A program made the position numbers and the translations under genes. Source: Octopus vulgaris (taxonomy: Eukaryota). Taken from it: a stretch of DNA of 64,000 nt. How positions within the stretch are numbered: position 1 is the first letter of the stretch; every line of letters starts with the position of its first letter. This document shows positions 61,736-64,000 of this stretch, in pieces. Where the stretch lies: positions 131,750,001 through 131,814,000 of the forward strand of contig OX597814.1 of NCBI GenBank assembly GCA_951406725.2, read 5' to 3'. Below the pieces are notes generated by a model. The model was not told the DNA's origin, did no database searches, and saw only the letters and a program-made list of their open reading frames with translations.

Positions 61736-64000
61736 CGGACGTGCTGTCACCTCAGCTCCGAAGGTAATCGTTTATTTTGACTATTTATAGCCCATATTTT
61801 GTGTACATTTTTGTAAATAAGGTGTGTAAGGCACCCAACTTTCGTTTGAGTGCTTTTCCAAGGGAGGAATTCGCCCCTAGGGGCAGTTTCATCCCTATTT
61901 AATTTGTGTATTTTTCTTCTAGACATTAAAAAATGTCGAGAAATATCATTGTAGAACGCTGGTCGCGTTCCTTTATGGACCAGCATTTTCCTAGTCTGGA
62001 AACGCTAGGAGAAAAAAAGAACTTATGCACGCAAAGTGCAAACCTGAGTGACGTGTTAGTGAACGCTGCAACCACTTACGGTAACAGCCCTGTCACCACC
62101 ATCACCACCACTAACAACAACAACAACAAGACTACTACTGCTACAACCACCACCTCCACCTCTACCACCACCATCACCACCACCACCACCACCACCACCA
62201 CCACCACCACCACCACCACCATCACCACCACCACCACCACCAACATAAATGATAAAAATGAAACTCACACGAATACTGTTAACAAAAACAACAACAACAA
62301 GAACAATAATAAAAATGAAATAAATATCTTACTATCTAATAGTGAATATGTTAATATAAAAGAATCAACAACACCAGTAAATTTCGCTGGCACTCTGCGT
62401 CAGAAAAAAGAAATAGTAAAATTTACGAATGAAGAGTTAATAGAAACGAGAGCACTCTTTACAACACAAGGGCAGGATTTAGTGCTGCATACACCCCAAC
62501 ACATAAAGGAACAAATAGAAAATAAGACAATTATATATAAATTTATAAGAAAAAACAAAAAACAAAATGAACAGATTACAAAAACGGACATAGAAAAGTG
62601 TTTAAAAAGCATAATGAAAAAAAAAAAAGAATATATAAACTGGGGTCCCCAGTTTATTACAGTGGTGGTCCGCTCTACGGAGTCTTTGCAAAATGATGAA
62701 ATCATCATGGTACCATATTACAAAGGCCAGAGAGTGAGTAGAATTAGCATTAAAAATGTACCCCCCGAGATAGCTAACAAATGGATAACAAGGGCAATCT
62801 GTTACCATTTGAAAAAGATAAATATATTAGAAACCACCGTGTACAAAAACGACAATTGGGGTGGTAAAACAATAGTAGTGACCATCCAGATTGAGGGGTC
62901 CTCTATCGAGAACCTACCTGATAGGATCCATTTAGAAAATGGGCAAAGCCTATATGTTGTAGCAGAAGGCAAAAAGCCTAGATGCTACAACTGTGGTAGC
63001 CCAGAACATTTAATTGCCAAGTGTGCTCTGGCACAGAAAAAAGAAGAAAGAACAAATCAGAAAACCCGTTGCCAACACCAACACCAACACCAACACCAAC
63101 ACACTCAATTATGGAACAATGCCAAGAAAACAACAAACCAGCAAACAAACCCCAACAACATCACCAAGAAAAGAAACAGTACCAACACAATCACCGTTGA
63201 CGTCGCAACCAATTCAACATACTGAACCAAAAGGTAGACCAACACCAACACCGAGGATGATAATTAAAAAGACAGAAAACAGTGACGAGAAGACAAATTC
63301 TACCCCTAACACCACAACAACACAAACACCGCACAAAACATCAACAATTTCTACAAGCATACATATTAACGCAAATGCTTTGCCTTTACGCCCTTCTGAT
63401 TCGTCGGACGTCGAAATTTCGACGGAATGGCAAATAGCCACAGGGGGTAAAAGGAAAAGATAAACCCACCAAAACCCACCAAACAAGGAAGTAAAGCAGG
63501 GAGATATTTAACTGCCGAACATGGGTGGTAGAGGTACCGCGGTGCTTTTTCGAAAGAGTCTAAATGTAAAAGTAAGAACAATATTCCTAGACCCGGATGG
63601 TAGGCTGGTTGTCTTGGACGTGGATGGCAGAAATGGGTGTGCATTCCGTCTGATGGCAGTTTATGCACCGTCCTTACCGGGTGGGGCGGATTTCTTCAGA
63701 CGTCTAGAAGTTTTCCTGGGTACGTCTAGACTTTTACTGTTAGTAGGGGATTGGAACGCTACCTTGGACACGCATCTAGATTATGTGGGAATGGATAGGA
63801 ATAGAAGGGGGTGTAAGTGCCTCAAAGACCTACTCAGACGTTTCCATTTGTCTGACAGGTTCCGACTCGACCATCCGAACGTGCCAATGTGGACTTGGAC
63901 AAACCGCGTCGGATCGTCGAGATCTTATCTAGATAGAATTCTATGCAGGACAGCGGATAGGGATAGTGTAGGATGTCTACAATTTAAAATAATCAGCTAC
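61736..64000 (+). mobile_element. Tx1/L1-clade LINE, subfamily B, 5' part (runs off the window), with an internal deletion
   Basis: Same 5' junction as 47326, (TCTA)n-CGGACGTGCTGTC. ORF1 is frameshifted. A ~580-bp deletion at 63513 (equivalent to 49044-49621, CT microhomology) removes the spacer and the ORF2 start. Confidence 0.9.

Overview
Eukaryotic, AT-rich and microsatellite-dense DNA. The repeat content and the gene family point to an octopod cephalopod (inference). The window holds a tandem array of five intact + strand interleukin-17-like genes. Each gene has two exons: exon 1 contributes only the ATG, and a phase-0 intron precedes a 534-nt exon 2, giving a 178-aa secreted cystine-knot protein. 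Exon 1 of copy 1 is not visible in the window. Copies 2-5 share a kB-like site, a TATA box and an Inr. All five 3'UTRs keep a set of short hairpins, including a pyrimidine-purine-pyrimidine (YRY) triloop stem of the Roquin/Regnase decay-element type. Copies 3-5 lie in recent ~15-16 kb tandem units. Each unit also carries a decayed Tx1/L1-clade LINE (ending in or flanked by (TCTA)n), Gypsy and DNA-transposon remnants and tRNA-derived SINEs. Other features: mosaic (gene-conversion-like) paralogs with a nonsynonymous-rich loop, an oligo(A)-filled deletion at the presumed poly(A) site of copy 3, two SINE/LINE pairs with shared 3' tails, inverted repeats anchored on (TA)n, and Penelope-type hammerhead-like motifs. 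All alignments were done by eye, and no database search was run.
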